Positions 12,401 to 27,369 are shown, counted from the first letter of the stretch. The stretch: DNA of 64,000 nt from Camelus dromedarius (GCF_036321535.1 NC_087437.1:91638001-91702000); one strand, 5' to 3'. Notes: generated by a model not told the origin, from the letters alone. A program made the numbers and translations.

Positions 12401-15400
12401 TGCTCCAAACTTTTATTAGTAACTAGGCACCAGAATTTTCAGGATTAAACAACTTTGTTATCCAACGTCAACAAAGTACACATAACATTACCTGCTAATG
12501 AATTTCTAAGATTTAATAACCACTTGATTTTTCCCATGTACACAAGTACCCTGTAAATACATACCTACTAAAAACAAAAGAAACTTTACAATATTATTAG
12601 TATATTACAAAATAGTCCTTTTAGAGTTCTTTATTCTATATTAAAACCAATTATTTTTTCTTCTAGAAGCTACCATCATTGAGTATAGTTAAAATGGTTT
12701 CATGTTATTTATATACATTAATATGCGTGTGCCAAAGTATTTTTAGTTGATACAAATGCATTTATTCTCTACATACTTTTTGCATCATTTTAACAGTATT
12801 TCTACTGTTAGTATTATAGATATTCACCATTATTTAACCTGATGCAAAATACATCATGGTACCAGTATATCATACTAAAACATATGAACAATTTCTCATT
12901 TTTTACCATTACAAATATTATGTATTGAATGTATTTTGATATATTACTTATTTGCACAGATAAGCATATAGAACTGCAGTTGTTCACTAAGAAGCTTATC
13001 TACTAAGTTTATTTAGGAAATTTAAATCTTATGTGGTAATTCAGGTTTTGTTTTCACAATATAGAGTTTTAGATTACATGTGTTTTTGGTGGTAGAGAAT
13101 AATAATGTTTATAGTTCTATATTAGGCAAAAGCCTTACAAATATTTAATTCAAACTTGAAGCAACAACAAAAACTATTTATATAAATATTATGTAAAACC
13201 ATCATTTGGTCTGAATGGAATTTTATATTTTCAAATATCCAGATATCTCAATAATTTTTCTTTGATTTTTTTAATTTATATCTGATGATTAAAATGTTTT
13301 AAGTTTAAAAATGTTATAGATAAAAGCAAAATGATATTCAAAGTAGGTGTTTTCTTTTTAAGAATTATATAACTAATTTCATTTAATCTCTCATTTTAAA
13401 GGTAAAATGAATTTACCTTTTGTGATTATACAAAGTTGCAAACTTGATGTATTTTCTACAACAGGTTGTTAAATATTAAAGTGAATATTAGTTTTATATA
13501 ATTGAAAATTCTAATGATTTCAGATACACACTGATGGTAACAATAACCAATAGTTTATATTGTACTATTGAGCTATAAAAGATGAAAATCATGACTACAA
13601 ATCTGTCTTATATAAAGTAAAATTATTTTCTAATTATTTCCGATATGACAAAATTTATCAGTATCAACTCATATCAGCTTTGCAGTGATAGATACTCGCA
13701 AAAACAATGACAGTTTAAATCAATAAATAAAGCATACAATACTCTGTAAATAAGAATTTTACCCCTAATCTCTTTGGCTTATATGATCTGACAATATTTG
13801 GCGTATATGAATATTGCCTACCACCACATTTCTAGTGACCAATTAGAAAAACCAGAGCACCATTATGAGACAAAGATTAGGAAAAACAAACAAAAATGAA
13901 CCAAACGGGCTGTGTATGAACAATAATACTCTTACTGCCTAATAGGAAATGCATATTCTGTCTGAAAGCTGTGCTAGTCATTGCTTTTTGCACTTGTGAA
14001 AATAACATCGTTTTCTACTCCATTTACAGTCTTCTCTGAATCTAAGATCAGGCTATTGTGGTTTAATGAGAAGGAATTTGGGGAGGTGTCCATATGCAAA
14101 CAGATATTATTTGAAAATGTGCACATATGTCATCTGGAAAAGGTCAGGTTACAGCTTGAGAAGGATTCACTTTTAGACTAAGGAAAAGAGAAAATCTGCT
14201 TTCAGATGTATAATCATGAATGGGAGAAAAGTGAAGTTTGTTAGTTTTTTCTTTCCTTTATGGCCAATACCTCTCAGAATAAAGACTGCCTAATGGAATT
14301 TCTTAATTGTCAGTTGCATCTTTGCATTACTTCACAATCACCTTCATATATAATTAGGGTTATTAATGTTTTGTGGAATTATTCTCTAATTACACTAAAA
14401 ATAAGATGAAATATTATAATCTTGATTAGGAAAAGGGACTATTGTGTCATATCCACAAGAGATCTTGCAAATGCTTTCAAAAAGACTGGCTTAGTATACA
14501 GCAAATAATGAGCTTTCATACCAGTTGGATGCTGAATTGTTCCGAAGGCATTGAACTGATGCATCATCTTCATTTCCACACATTAAAGCCAGACATCTTG
14601 CAAGCAATTAATCATATACTTGTTTATTGTTTTGGATTAAATGTATTTTATACTCTTTTGTTTGGAATTTAATTTAATTACAAATCATCTCTATGTGGGT
14701 CAGTCATTAATTTACCAAGTTTAAAAAAAGTAAGAGAGAACAAAAAGAGAAAAGGAATAGTTTCCTATTAAAATGAGAATGGCACTTTGGATGTCTGGTT
14801 ATCTTTGATGAAAGAAATAGGACATTATTGTTAACTTTATCTGAAACTGAATGGTATTGACAAAAGTTACATTTATTCTTTTATGCTTTAGATAATACAG
14901 AACTTTCAAATAGCCGTATTCATATTGCTATTTGAAAATCACTGGCAGACCCATTTTAAGAATGACCATGGTGAAAGACTGTAGTTAAATTATCAAGTTT
15001 TGAAAAAAGAATTTATGTGATTAAAATCTGAAATATAGGAAAAATATTTTAAAAAATTTTTAACAAACTGATAGCTAAATATTGAGATACTGTAGTTCAT
15101 TGATTATTTCTAATAAAACTTCAAAAATAAAGATTATTCATGAGTTTTTATTATTTGTTAGTCTGATATGGCTAATTTTAGACAATTTGCTTTAGTTGTT
15201 CTTTTAGATACACTTTCACAAATATAACTTAATTTTCAAGCTAAAAAGACAAGTGATTTTAGACCATTCTGTTTTTTCTATCATTTTATATAAACTTTAT
15301 ATAAGCTTATTATATAAATATCTTATTATGAAATGCAAAGAACTAGTCTATTTATAGAACTCTATTTATTGTAACTTGAATTCCACGACTAAGTAATGCT

Positions 15401-18400
15401 TTTCAAGTTAAGTATTCAAATAAGAATGTTAATTAAATCTTCAAATTTTAGTGATCCAGTAAACTTACAGAAGAGATCAGTGTTTTCTCTAGCATAAGTG
15501 ATTGAGTAATTGTGAATTCTTAAGACATTTCACAGTAGCTGTTTGCAGATTTAATAGGAATTTTGTTTTTCTATTAATAGTGACTTTTCATTGGTTTAGT
15601 TGCTCCAGGGCCATTATAACCATTGTCTCTAGGGATCCAAGGGATGGTAGGGGAGGATTTACAACATGTCTTGTCCACTGGGGAAACTAAAGAATAGGAC
15701 AGATGGAGAAGCCAATCCTGTTTTGTGGCTTTGCTAATACACATCAGTATTGTAGGATTTTCTTGACTAACTAATGTTTTTTGTCCTTTTTATACACGTG
15801 ATTCATTCATCTCTTTGAATTGTGGTGCTTAATTTAATAAGTTATCATTTCCCAAATTATCCCTTCTTTGTCACTATATTCATTAAATATTTTATTCCTG
15901 GAATGTTAAAATAAAGCAGCTGTATATATTGCTATATATATACATTTATAAATATAAATATTTATAAATATTTATATATTTATATTCGTATCAGTATGAA
16001 ATCAGTAATTTTCCAATTTTTAAGCCCTAAAATTTCTGAAATCTAAACTCTAATGAGAAAAGTATGATATTACCTTGTACTTTCAATCTAGTTTTAACAT
16101 TGTCAGTGGGGTGTAGAACTTTGAAATGCCATACTATGCTAAGATTATGCTACCTAATGATTATTATAGAATTATATTTGATTAATGTAAGTGTCACGAA
16201 CTACTTTAATAATAAAGTTTAACCATTGTAACCATAGGAATTGTTCTTGCCATTAGATCTTTTTACTGATTTCAATTAATTCATTTGATTGTCTGTATTA
16301 ATTTAATTAAATTGTCAGATTGACATTTTATTTTCATTATTTTTCTATGATTCTATGTGTGCTTTCCACTGCAGTAGACTTAAATAAATTAAATCAGATG
16401 AGTGAGCAAGATGATGATGGAGGAAAGACAGGAAAAAGAAATTGGAAAGAATAAGAGGTAAATTGACAGCCTTCTAAAAGTTACATTTTCTTTTATTCTG
16501 GGCTTGTGCATAGTTTATTAAACTCCAGTGAAGCTTAAATATGTACTGAGTACTGAAACTGAAGTGTTACTTTTAATGAAAATAGTAGAGACTTCAATTA
16601 TATAGTACTTTCATACATATCTTTGACATCTTGTCTGAAATTCCTTCAAAAAATAAAAATAATTAATCATAGATAGTAATTATCAGATGACTCAATTAAA
16701 TGTGATGATAAATTCTAGCTTTTACAGTGCAATTAAAGTTTCTATTTTATAGATTTAAAAAATTCCTTTTTATTTTGTAAATTAGCACAAAATGCTCCAA
16801 ATTTGTAAGTCATCACAGACACCACTTAATTCAGCATACTAAGGGAAAAAAAGGTATTTTAAAGGATAACAGTGTTAAAATATATACTTAAAACTCTAGA
16901 ATTTATAAATACTGCCCTATTGGTACTATATCCTTTGAGAATAAACATTACAATAATTCAGATGACAATAATGAATATTTAATTGACTCAGGGTCATATT
17001 ACTTGATTTTAATAGGGGTTTTGAAGTAAAATAATACATAAATGAATGTGTATGGGTGTGTGTAAACCTTATTATAACATTATGGAATGATATATGTTTA
17101 GGAAAGTATATCAAATAAAATATTAAATTTCAATTAGACATACAAAGGGATTCAACTATTTTATTCTCTTTTCTTAATATTCTTCTAAAGATGTACACAT
17201 TTTTTAAACTTTATTTTGAAGTATTTAGTCACTGTGTTCAGAGAGAACAATATAGCTTTGATTTCCCTAAAGAACTTTCTCAGAATGATGGTAAATTTCC
17301 AGATATTTTTGTAATCATTTTAATTTCATAGTTTTCAAACTTAAATTATTCTTGAAAATCATCAGTATTTTAGGAGTATCTCAACTTTTCTGAATGACTT
17401 TCTCTTCCAGCCTCACTTCAATTCTCTCTCTTTTTTTTCCCCAAATTCTCTTTCTTTTTGCATCTTCATTTTGGAAGGTTATGTGAGAGGAGGTATAAAA
17501 TGATTTCAGCCTCTGATTTCTACAATTGTCAGAACAGAAGCATATGTTTATCAGTCTTTTTTACTTTCTTGGGTTATTTTTTCTACAAATATAAAAGATG
17601 GGCTTAAAAATATTGTCAAATTTCCATTGTCTGAAAGAGAGGGAATTGTTGATGAAGTTTCTGATTAAGACAAACAATACTGAGAAAAGCCTTGGAATTG
17701 GTGGGAAATTGGACTATGCTGCTCAAGGCCCTATCAGTGACAGGCACTGCCTACATTTTGGGATGGAAAGTTTTAATAAATATAATTAGATAATATTAAA
17801 CATTTATATACAAGGACTGGAATTTTAAACAAAATTAAAAGACAAGACACAGACTGAGAGAAGCTATTTACATCACACACAACAGGAAAAGCATTCATAG
17901 TCAGAATGAACAGGATATTCTCCATATGTGCAGTTAAATGAATAACTTGTTTCTCCACATGTGAAAAAAATAATTTATTGAATAATATGGACACAAGCAT
18001 ACAAACTAGACAGATTTTTTTTCTCTTCACATATTTTACACATGCTCCACTGAGTATTCATAATCTCTTCCACCAGTGACAACATGAGACGATCCCACGT
18101 TTTGTCAGTTATTCTCAACTAAAAGGGTGGTTTCTGTTTAAAATTTCAGTCAAAACTAATGAAAACTTCAAACAAAAGTACAATTCAAAGCTCATGCCCT
18201 GCCCCAGGCTAGGTCTTACCAGTGAAGTGAGGACATATATTTTTCTGTTTCTTTTCTCTACCCACAAAGCTATTTGCCAATGGAACGTTTGAGCACTGGG
18301 AAACAGCCCCTCTAAACACGATCTCAGGGCTGTTATTTATTGGGTAAATATTGGCACTGTTGTTTCCATTCTGATTGGCCATTGTCTTGTCAATATTTGT

Positions 18401-19999
18401 TAATTATTTTAAAATTTATCCCATCAGTGTCCCTTTTAAGTAGTGTAAGACCGGGTGCCTTTTCTGCAAATGGTCCTTAAGAAAAATCAGTTAACATTGC
18501 CACACCCAATATTGGGTGGGCAGCTTGTCTACCGAACAGCATTACACGTTCCATGCTTGCCTTTTCAGGCTGCTTCCATTACTCACCAAATTTAAGGTGT
18601 CTGAGGTGAGGACCCAGGAACATCTAGGTTGACAGAGGTGGCCTTCACTGAGCAGGGAGCTAGACTATTGAAATTACATTTAAATATCAAATACTTTAAA
18701 ATCTATATACCTGTGCAGAAAAAGTATTTCATATTTAACTTTTAGAAAATTACTATATGGAGAGATGTTACTGCAGTAAAACATTGTTAATATTCATCAG
18801 ATATGTAATTTTAAATGACCTTAAAATTCTGTTCTTAAAAGTGTTTGTATGTTACATACTTATCATGAAATATAAAATAAAATGATAAATATTACTAATA
18901 TTGAGATGTGATTCTAATCATGAAGAGGTCTAATAATTCAATTATAATAGCTGTGACAGATTAAATCTCCAACTTATATTCTTTGAAAAATACCAAAGAA
19001 TTTCTCCTCCAATCCAAGTAGTTGCAATACTGACACAACAGAATTTGTGTTACTTCTTTCAATTCACTACAGCTATTTAAAAATATCCCTACTAGTTATC
19101 AAGTTCCTTTAGAAGGGATTTACCTTAGTGCTTTGTAAAGTGTCTCTAAAGCACAATTTAAAATTTAAGAGTAGAGTTTTAAATCCTTATGTTTTGATGT
19201 AGAAGACAAGGTCTCTGAGCAGATTTATATCATAAACTTTCCTCACGAGCTCTTAGGACTTGCTGTGATGACTGGGATGCAGTAACAGTTTTATTTTAGC
19301 ATGAAAGAGCTTTGTGACTGTTTCTTCCTTTTGTTGGGTTTAATTTGAGACATGGTCATACATGATGAATTACATAATATTTAAAAAAAAGGACAAGTAA
19401 ATTTTTAAACCAATCATTCTCCACCTTGTATAAGTAAAACATGAAGCCAAAGATGATGAAAGATTATATACATGTATTTTAATAAAATGTTGACTTTATC
19501 CTTACAGCAATTTTGTAAGAATAGAATCCTTTTATATTTTAATCTAAGTGTGCTCAACTGTCAGTATTTCACCAACCTGTTATAATGTTAAAAGCTTTCT
19601 GTTAAAACAGAATTTGGAAAACACTACTTCACACTACTCCAGACTCATGAAATATTTAGAAAAGAATATTCTTTTCTCATTTTTACCAACCACTCTTTTT
19701 CTGCTTTGTTTTAAAAAACTAGTTTCTCCAAATCTTTTTGAAAGGTTCGCTCTTCTGTCTTAATGTACTGTTTATTATGTCATTAGAATTTCATAGCATT
19801 AAGCATCTATTCTATGTTGTTAATTTACCCTAGATTTAATCATTTCCAGAGGTCATTTTTCTGAACTGCTCCTGATTAATTTACTACATGCTTGCATTCT
19901 GTTATCTATCTACCTACCTACCTACCTACTTACTTACCTATCTTTATTTCTATATTGCTTTCCTAAAAAATAATGGAATTTTTTTGGAGGCAGGGGAAA

Positions 20000-21350
20000 T
20001 GTCTCCATCTTAATGTGAAAGCTAAATGCTTATTCTTATAAAGATTTACCAAGTAAAGTCGTAATAATATTGATTGAGAGACAGAAAGAATACATACTAA
20101 TTACAGTATAAGAATTAAAATAACATAAAGTCATAAAAATATAATATATCTCTAAGCATATAGAAGAGTGCTAGATACAGAGTGGAAAAAGAGCAAAACT
20201 GTTCAACTCAGTTCATAAGGCTTTTAAAATATTAAGAGTAACATTGCACAGTACATTATAAGAAACATAAAGATATAAGCTAATTTTCCTTAAAAATATA
20301 GAAAGAAATTCTGAAATCAGTATTAAAAATTAATTCACTTACATGCTAAAATTTTTAAACTGTTATAACCAAGAAGAACTTATTCCAAGTAAGCAAGATA
20401 GCTCAGTTTTGAAAACTCAATTTATTTACGTACATTGACTTATTTAAGAAGAAACATGACTATTTTAATAGATGTAGAAAACAGTCAGTAAAATTCAAAA
20501 TCAGTACATGGTAATATAAATTAAAAAATTAATAAAGGATGAGAAAATCTTTGATATTTAAAAATTAATTATGGATAAGGAATTCTTTGAACATCAACAA
20601 ATAATATAATTAATATTCTTTATTCCTCTGCATTTCACAATCATCATGTATGTTTAAGTCAAATTGTAGACTATATTTATTCTGTTTCATTGATCTATCT
20701 ATTCTAGGACCTAATTGTATGTAGGCATTTGATATGTGGGATGGGTTAGACAAATAGATTATTTACAACTTACAATAGAATAAATTGCTAATGAATGAGA
20801 GACCAATAATTAAATTGGAAGTTGAAAAATAATTTGAAGTACATAATATTTTTAGACAATAAAAACCTTCAGAACTCATAAAACAATATAGTAATCTTAT
20901 TACATTAGAGCATAGAACATACAAATGACAAAAATATAAATTATATTCAAAGAAAATATACAAAGTGGATGGAGATATTTTCAGCATTATAATAAGACAA
21001 TAGCATCTATAATATATAAAAATAAATTTCTATAAATTAGCTAAAAATATGAAGTAAAGAATAATCAAAAATCATTTATATAAAATTCGGAGAATAGGAA
21101 ATTGAAAATGTTAGAAGGTATCAACTTCCAATTTTCATAGAAAATTCAATTAAATAAAACTTAAATATCATTGCACATGCATCAGGATGGTTAAAATATA
21201 AAAATATATTCAAGGGCTGGTGATGTGATAGGAAAATAGAAATTTGTATACTATTACTACTGATAATATTTGTTAGTGCAATCACTTAGTAAAGATATTT
21301 GGCATTTTAAAAAAATACATGGTGTATGACATACATCTAGCAATTTCTAG
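20000..21350 (+). mobile_element. Decayed L1ME-type ORF2 fragments
   Basis: A-rich strand; motifs 'tttaatagatgtagaaaac...aaaattcaa' and 'aagggctggtgatgtgataggaaaatagaaa'. Confidence 0.55.
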
Positions 21351-21419
21351 AGAGATGCATGAGAGATTAGAGAGATGCATGAGAATCAGTATCAGGTATG
21401 TACTGAACATCGAATACTG

Positions 21420-21560
21420 ATTAAGTATATAAATTCCAGAGTGAGACTGTCTATATTTAGATCTTGAGACTGTAAGTTACAATTCTATGATCTTAAGGAA
21501 GTATTTTTGAACATTCTGCACCTAAATTTTCAAGTTTCCTCATCTTTAAAATGTGTGAGT
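21420..21560 (+). mobile_element. MIR
   Basis: 'tgatcttaaggaagtattttt...gtttcctcatctttaaaatg' MIR core. Confidence 0.6.
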
Positions 21561-21749
21561 CTGTTTGGGTGCATAAATGTGTATATATGAGTGCTTGAGT
21601 ACACATATAAGTGTGTGTATGTGTGTGTGTGTGTTTGTGTGCATATATAAATTTTAAGAATATGCCCTAGTACTTGACTAATTTATGATAGTAGTTGGTG
21701 TTGGAGAAATAGGTGAGCAGTGGGGTCTTGGAAAGAAAACAAAGATGTT

Positions 21750-22050
21750 TTATGACAAATGCTAAAGAGGGTGTAGAGAAAAGGGAAAACTCCCACATTG
21801 TTGGTGAGAATGTAGTTTGGTGCTAATGTAGTTTGGTGCAACCATTATGGAAAACAGTACGGAGATTCCTTAAAAAACTAAAAATAAACTTAGCATATGA
21901 TCCAGCAATCTCAATCCTGGTCATATATCTGGAGGGAACTCTAATTTGAAAAGATACATGCACCCCAATGTTCACAGCAGTGCTATTTACAATAGCCAAA
22001 ACTTGGAAGCAATGTAAATGTCCATCAACAGATGACTGAATAAAGAAGTT
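21750..22050 (+). mobile_element. Relatively young L1 fragment (ORF2 C-terminus)
   Basis: Well-preserved 'accattatggaaaacagtacggagattccttaaaaaactaaaaata...tatgatccagcaatc...atgcaccccaatgttcacagcag...tgtccatcaacagatgactgaataaagaag'. Confidence 0.9.
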
Positions 22051-25000
22051 AAATTTTACCCACTTGTTTTTCTTGTTTTCTTTGGTTCAGTTAGTAATCC
22101 AGTCACCAACATCTTGAAATTTATGTTTTAAAAGCTGTGAGTCCAAAATGTTGAGAAAAATAAGTGGACTGTTTGATGAAATGGTCTCTGATATATGAAA
22201 ACAAACAAAATATTTTAAGTACCACACATACATATACAAAACAGTTCCAAAAATATGCTGGTTCTCTTGTTCTTTCCATCATAAAAGTCACTCAATACAA
22301 AGTCATTTGTTTTTATTTCTTTGTAAATTGCAAAATTAAAACAGTTAACCTGCAGCATTTTAGGCAATAAGCCAGACTAAAAGAGACCCTTGTGTATATG
22401 ATAAATTAAACATGGTTTCACCCAGAAATATTGCTTTTATCTTTCAATAACAGATGCAACATACTTTTTTAATTGCATGCAACAACCAGACACAAGACGA
22501 CGCTAAGGGAACTGATCAAACCTTCTAATGCTAAATCATATTTCAATGTGTCTTCTTCCATATTTGACCACTTCAGGGGAAATTATATTTCAGTGTCAGT
22601 GATACAAATATGGCAGTAAAATCCTATATTAAAGTTTATAAAAATAGTAAATATAGAAGTTTAAGACAGAGTGAGACATTGGTTATTTTTAATATGATCA
22701 ATTTGTAATATTCTCCTTTTTTTCTAGATTTCTTTCACTCTGGCTAAGAAGTCTATTTAAAAAAATCAGTATTTTCTCACCTGTATCTTATTTTTTTAAC
22801 CTTAACTTAATTCATATTTAAGATAAACTATTATACCTAGGTTTACTGTTTCAACTAACTAAAAGTATCAATCTTTCATTATTCTCTGCAAATGCAAATT
22901 TCAGAAATCGCTTTGAAGAATTGAATGAAGTGTTTTCAGGGATCATTGAAGTAATCAATAATGATACAGTTTTTAATCCATTAATTCAAATATTGTGTAT
23001 ACATTAATGTAATTATGATTTGCACAGTATTTAAAGTCATGCTTTTAAAATATTTTAGAAATTGTAAGTATTTTAGAGTATACCTGCTTAGAAATGGATA
23101 AACATTAATCTCTGTGCACATTTTTCAGAATTTTTAATTTGATATTAAAGTTAATGATACAAAGCAATTTTTATTTTTAAAACATTTTTTCTTAAGGCTT
23201 CATTGTGCTAAGTGAAATTATAACATTTGAGATCCAAAGATACTGCTTTGAAAGGGTACTCTTTATTTACAATATTTTTCAGTGGTCATCCCATGGTTTC
23301 GTATAGATTAACCAAATGGCATCCTTCTTTAAGTCATTTTTATGTTTCACACAAGAAAAACAAACAAGATAATCTTACCAAAGCTTGAAACATGTAAATA
23401 TAATTTAGTTAATTATATTACTGACTTTAATTCAAATACAAAACCCAAAATTTAGAAGTACAAATGCATTTTTCATGTTTGGACTGGACTTTTGATGTTT
23501 CTAAATTATATTTCAAAGTAATTAAGTTAGGAAACTATAGTCTCATAATTAAATATAATAGCCAGGCAAATATGCAGAATGCCCCAAGGATGGGAGAAAA
23601 ACTGGATTAGTGTTTTTAATAAGCATGTGCTCCCACAGAAACATCATTATGGGTTATTTTCATGGATTGTAACCATGCTTCTAGAAAATGTTTTAAATAA
23701 GATGGTAGAGAAATTGCTTTCTGTAGCACCACATTATCTTCCATTTGTTATGGTTTCCTTTACCACTTAGAAAATAATGTCAGCATCATTATTTCATCTT
23801 GGTACAGATGATCAGCATGTGTAATCAATGTCCAGGAATAACTTGGGAAATATTCAAGTATTCAAGAAGTTACACGGTTATGCCAAAGAAGCCTTTCTCT
23901 CTCTTTCTGTCTCTGTCTCTCCAACGCTAGGTAAAGCACCATCCTCTCAATGTATTTAATCAATTAATATTTTGTAATGTGATAATGCCTGCCTTGAAAT
24001 ATAGCATGAAAATATTTTGCAAAAAAATACAATGTTTTCCTGATTTTCAACTTAGATGTGGCTTTTGGCTAAAGGGCAATTTCTTGAGTAGGACAAATTT
24101 AATATTCCTTTCTTAAAAATTGCTGAGTTCAAATAGTGTTCTAAGCCACTATTGGCATTTCATGACAACTACAAATAAGCTTCCTAGCATGACAAAGTTG
24201 TTTCCTACATTGAAGATCACCTTTGATCTTACTTACAGACCTTTGCTATAATGTGCATAGAATTATGAAAAGGAGCTTAAAATGTCACCTTCTTTAATCA
24301 AATAATTGTTATAGAAAGGTACACGGTACAGAGGGCTTTTAGAAAATTATGCAGACTCATTTTACTAAATGTTAGATGGTCACCCGCATTTTTTACCAGA
24401 CCATATCTTTTTCTGATTTTTTAAAACAATCACCGATTTATGGAAACAGGCAAACAATACTTTAACAATTATGCTTTCTATAGAGTGAAATAATAATAAG
24501 CTCATAGATAAACTAAATGCACCTAAAAATGGCTGGAGAGATATGACAAGAGGCAAATACCCTGTCTACACAATGTGTGCATGGACTCTCATAGACCACA
24601 TCTAGAAACATAAGTGATCATTTCCAAAATATAGATGGAATCTAAAAATTATGTCTAAAATTTTGAAAGAGTACAAACCATCAATCCAAAGGCCAAAGAT
24701 CTTAATGAAATATTATGCCTAGTAATTTATAAATGCATAAATATTCAATAGATGACAGAAAATCGGGATACACTATGACCTGAAATTATACAAATTCTTT
24801 ATATACTACTAAAGCAAACATTTTAATAGGATTTGGTAACAAACTATCAGAATGCTTAATAGAAGATATTCTCATCTTTGATAAAACTTTGTGCATGGGT
24901 TTAGAGTTTTCAGAAAAGTTGTCACTTGCCCAAAAATATAGTATGAACAGAGTGTTTCAGTATCTGTATCAATGTCTGTTTCCTCTGTTTTTCATCTGTT

Positions 25001-25354
25001 TTGGAGATGTACCTTCTATAAAAAATGTTCCATTTTTTTGAAATTAATATATATTTATGTCATATGCTCAGATAATTTTCAGAGTAAAATAGCCTTTGCA
25101 TTTTTTAATCAATCAGCTTGATCAAAGTATTATTCATTTAGTCAAAACTCACCAAATCAGTTGATTAACCCAAGCAGCAAATACATATTTATCATACTCA
25201 GTCTCAAATGGGGACATGAAGCTCCCTAGCTTCTGCTATATTTCTTGGGTAAATTATTTCTTCCATACTAATTAGATTCAATAAGTTTTCTTTTCATCTA
25301 AAATCTTTTACAATTATCTACAGACTTCCTACTTTAAATCCCATGGATCAGTAA

Positions 25355-25600
25355 TAACAGTAATAATAATAAGTTGCTACTTTGCACTAGGAAAACCCTA
25401 AGCAGTCCACCAAAAGTAATCTCATTTATCCTCACAACAACACTATGAGATAGGGTCTGTGTTCCTCACCGTTCACCTTATGAGGAAACTGAAGCACTCA
25501 GCGATTCAGAGACTCAGTGTCAGAATAAGTGGCAGTGGTGATATTTGAATTCAAGCAATCTATGTGCAAAGCCTGTACATTTAATCACTACACTTAAATG
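25355..25600 (-). mobile_element. MIR
   Basis: 'ctcatttatcctcacaacaacactatgagatagg...tgaggaaactgaagcactcag...atttgaattcaagcaatc'. Confidence 0.8.
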
Positions 25601-25679
25601 TCTCCTATTTCCTATGCAATAGAAGCCTTACATTTGAAATCCTTCTGTTTCCTGCCACCATACAATAAATTCTTACTAT

Positions 25680-27210
25680 CTGTATTTAACTTTTCCTCAT
25701 TTTTCTTGTTTGAATGGACAAGATGTTGATCTTCTAAAGCTAATTTTTCTCACTTACCATCCAGAACTTATCCTCTCCATCCTTCTCATGTCATCCTCTA
25801 TCCACTATTTTTATTCTTCCCTGATCAGTGAATGTCTTCCTCATTACTAGCTTCTTTTCATAGGAATTTAACCATGCTCAGATCTCTCTCAGCTTAAAAC
25901 AAAGAGCAAAGAAGCACAATCCACAGCTTAAGATCTCCCTCCAGCTACTACTCTTCTCTTCTAGCCAACAAAGCTTACTATTATACAATAATGATCAAAA
26001 GTGACTCTTTTCAATTTGCCTTCCACTTTCTCTGAAGGCCATTGTTCTATTCACTATCTCCTGAAAATGGTTTGTCTTCCACACTCTGTATAAAATCTGT
26101 AAGACAATTTTAATTTCTTTTCATTTGTTTATTTTGCAATTTTTGACTTTGCCATTCATTACTTCCTTCTTGAAATACTCTTTCAAATGTGTTCATGTTG
26201 CACACTCTCTGATTTTCCAATAACTATTTCTTATATACCCTCTCATTGAGCACATCTTTTTTCCCTCCCCATGCTCTCCTCCATATAGTCATTCCTTAGG
26301 GAGCACTCCTCACCTCTCTTTCCTAGCTATATGTTATCCCTAACCAAGCATATCATGTTCTATCTTTTTGGCCATTAAGTTACCCTAATATTTGTACATG
26401 GAATCATTATCTAGATATGCTGAATGTCTTTAATAGTTAACATCAATTTTCCCCACAGCTAACCAGTTGTGATATCCTTTCAAGAAGATTTCCTAATGGT
26501 TCCTACTGTTTATTGTCTATTCATTACCCCATTCACTGTTATCATTTAAATAAAGGCCACATCATTTTTTTGTTTGAATTATAAATGACTATTTTTAAAT
26601 TTATACTCTTGTAAATCCTGGCCTTTTCCAATTCCTTTATTCACATACAGGTAGAGTGATCTTTCTATAGCTTAAATCTAATTAGAATTACTTCTCTGAT
26701 CAAAACATCTCGCTGAGTCTCCTTTACATTTAAAAGCAAGTTCACACTCATTAACATGACTCCTGAGTTTTCTGTTGGCCTGGTTCTTGTGCATTCTCTA
26801 GTCATTTCCCACCTTGCTTTACAAATGCTAAGCCATTCTTAATGAACTTTTACTAATACCCAGAGACAGTGTAGTACATTATAATCAACATCTTTTTTTT
26901 TTTTTTAATATGCTGTTGCTTCTGCCAGGAGCACCTTTTTCTCCCTTTACCTAACTCACTTTTGTATACATATCTAAGCTTTATCTGGAAAGCTTGACTC
27001 AAGTCTTCAAGACTGGGTTAGGTGTTTATCTTGCATGTTTCTCGCGTGTTCTCTTTGCACTTTAGAGTATGTTGTGTAATTTCTTGTTTGCTTTTCTCTC
27101 TTACTTACTATATTTAAGTTTCATAAGGCAAAGATGATATCTGACTTACTGCACCCTCTATTATTAACATTTGGTAATTTCTCAATAAATAAGAGTTCAA
27201 TTAATCAATA
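25680..27210 (+). mobile_element. LINE-2 fragment ending at its 3' terminus
   Basis: CT-rich strand with L2 motifs ('cttccttcttgaaatactct', 'tgctgttgcttctgccaggagcacc', 'gactgggttaggtg'); tail 'ctcaataaata...aattaatcaat'. Confidence 0.75.
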
Positions 27211-27369
27211 CATTGTTACAAATATACCTTATTTTTCTCAAAATAATAAAATTTTTGTGTATCTATTTTTTATTTTGACATACCTCACCTTTTACTCTAG
27301 ATTTTGTGCACATCGTCTTCTTTCACACATGTTCAGTTGTCTCCCCAAAATTATAATATTGCCGGAATT

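Noticed and set aside
22905..23008. Protein-looking frame NRFEELNEVFSGIIEV after 'tttcag'
   Set aside because: Weak polypyrimidine tract, weak donor, no recognisable homologue; probably chance
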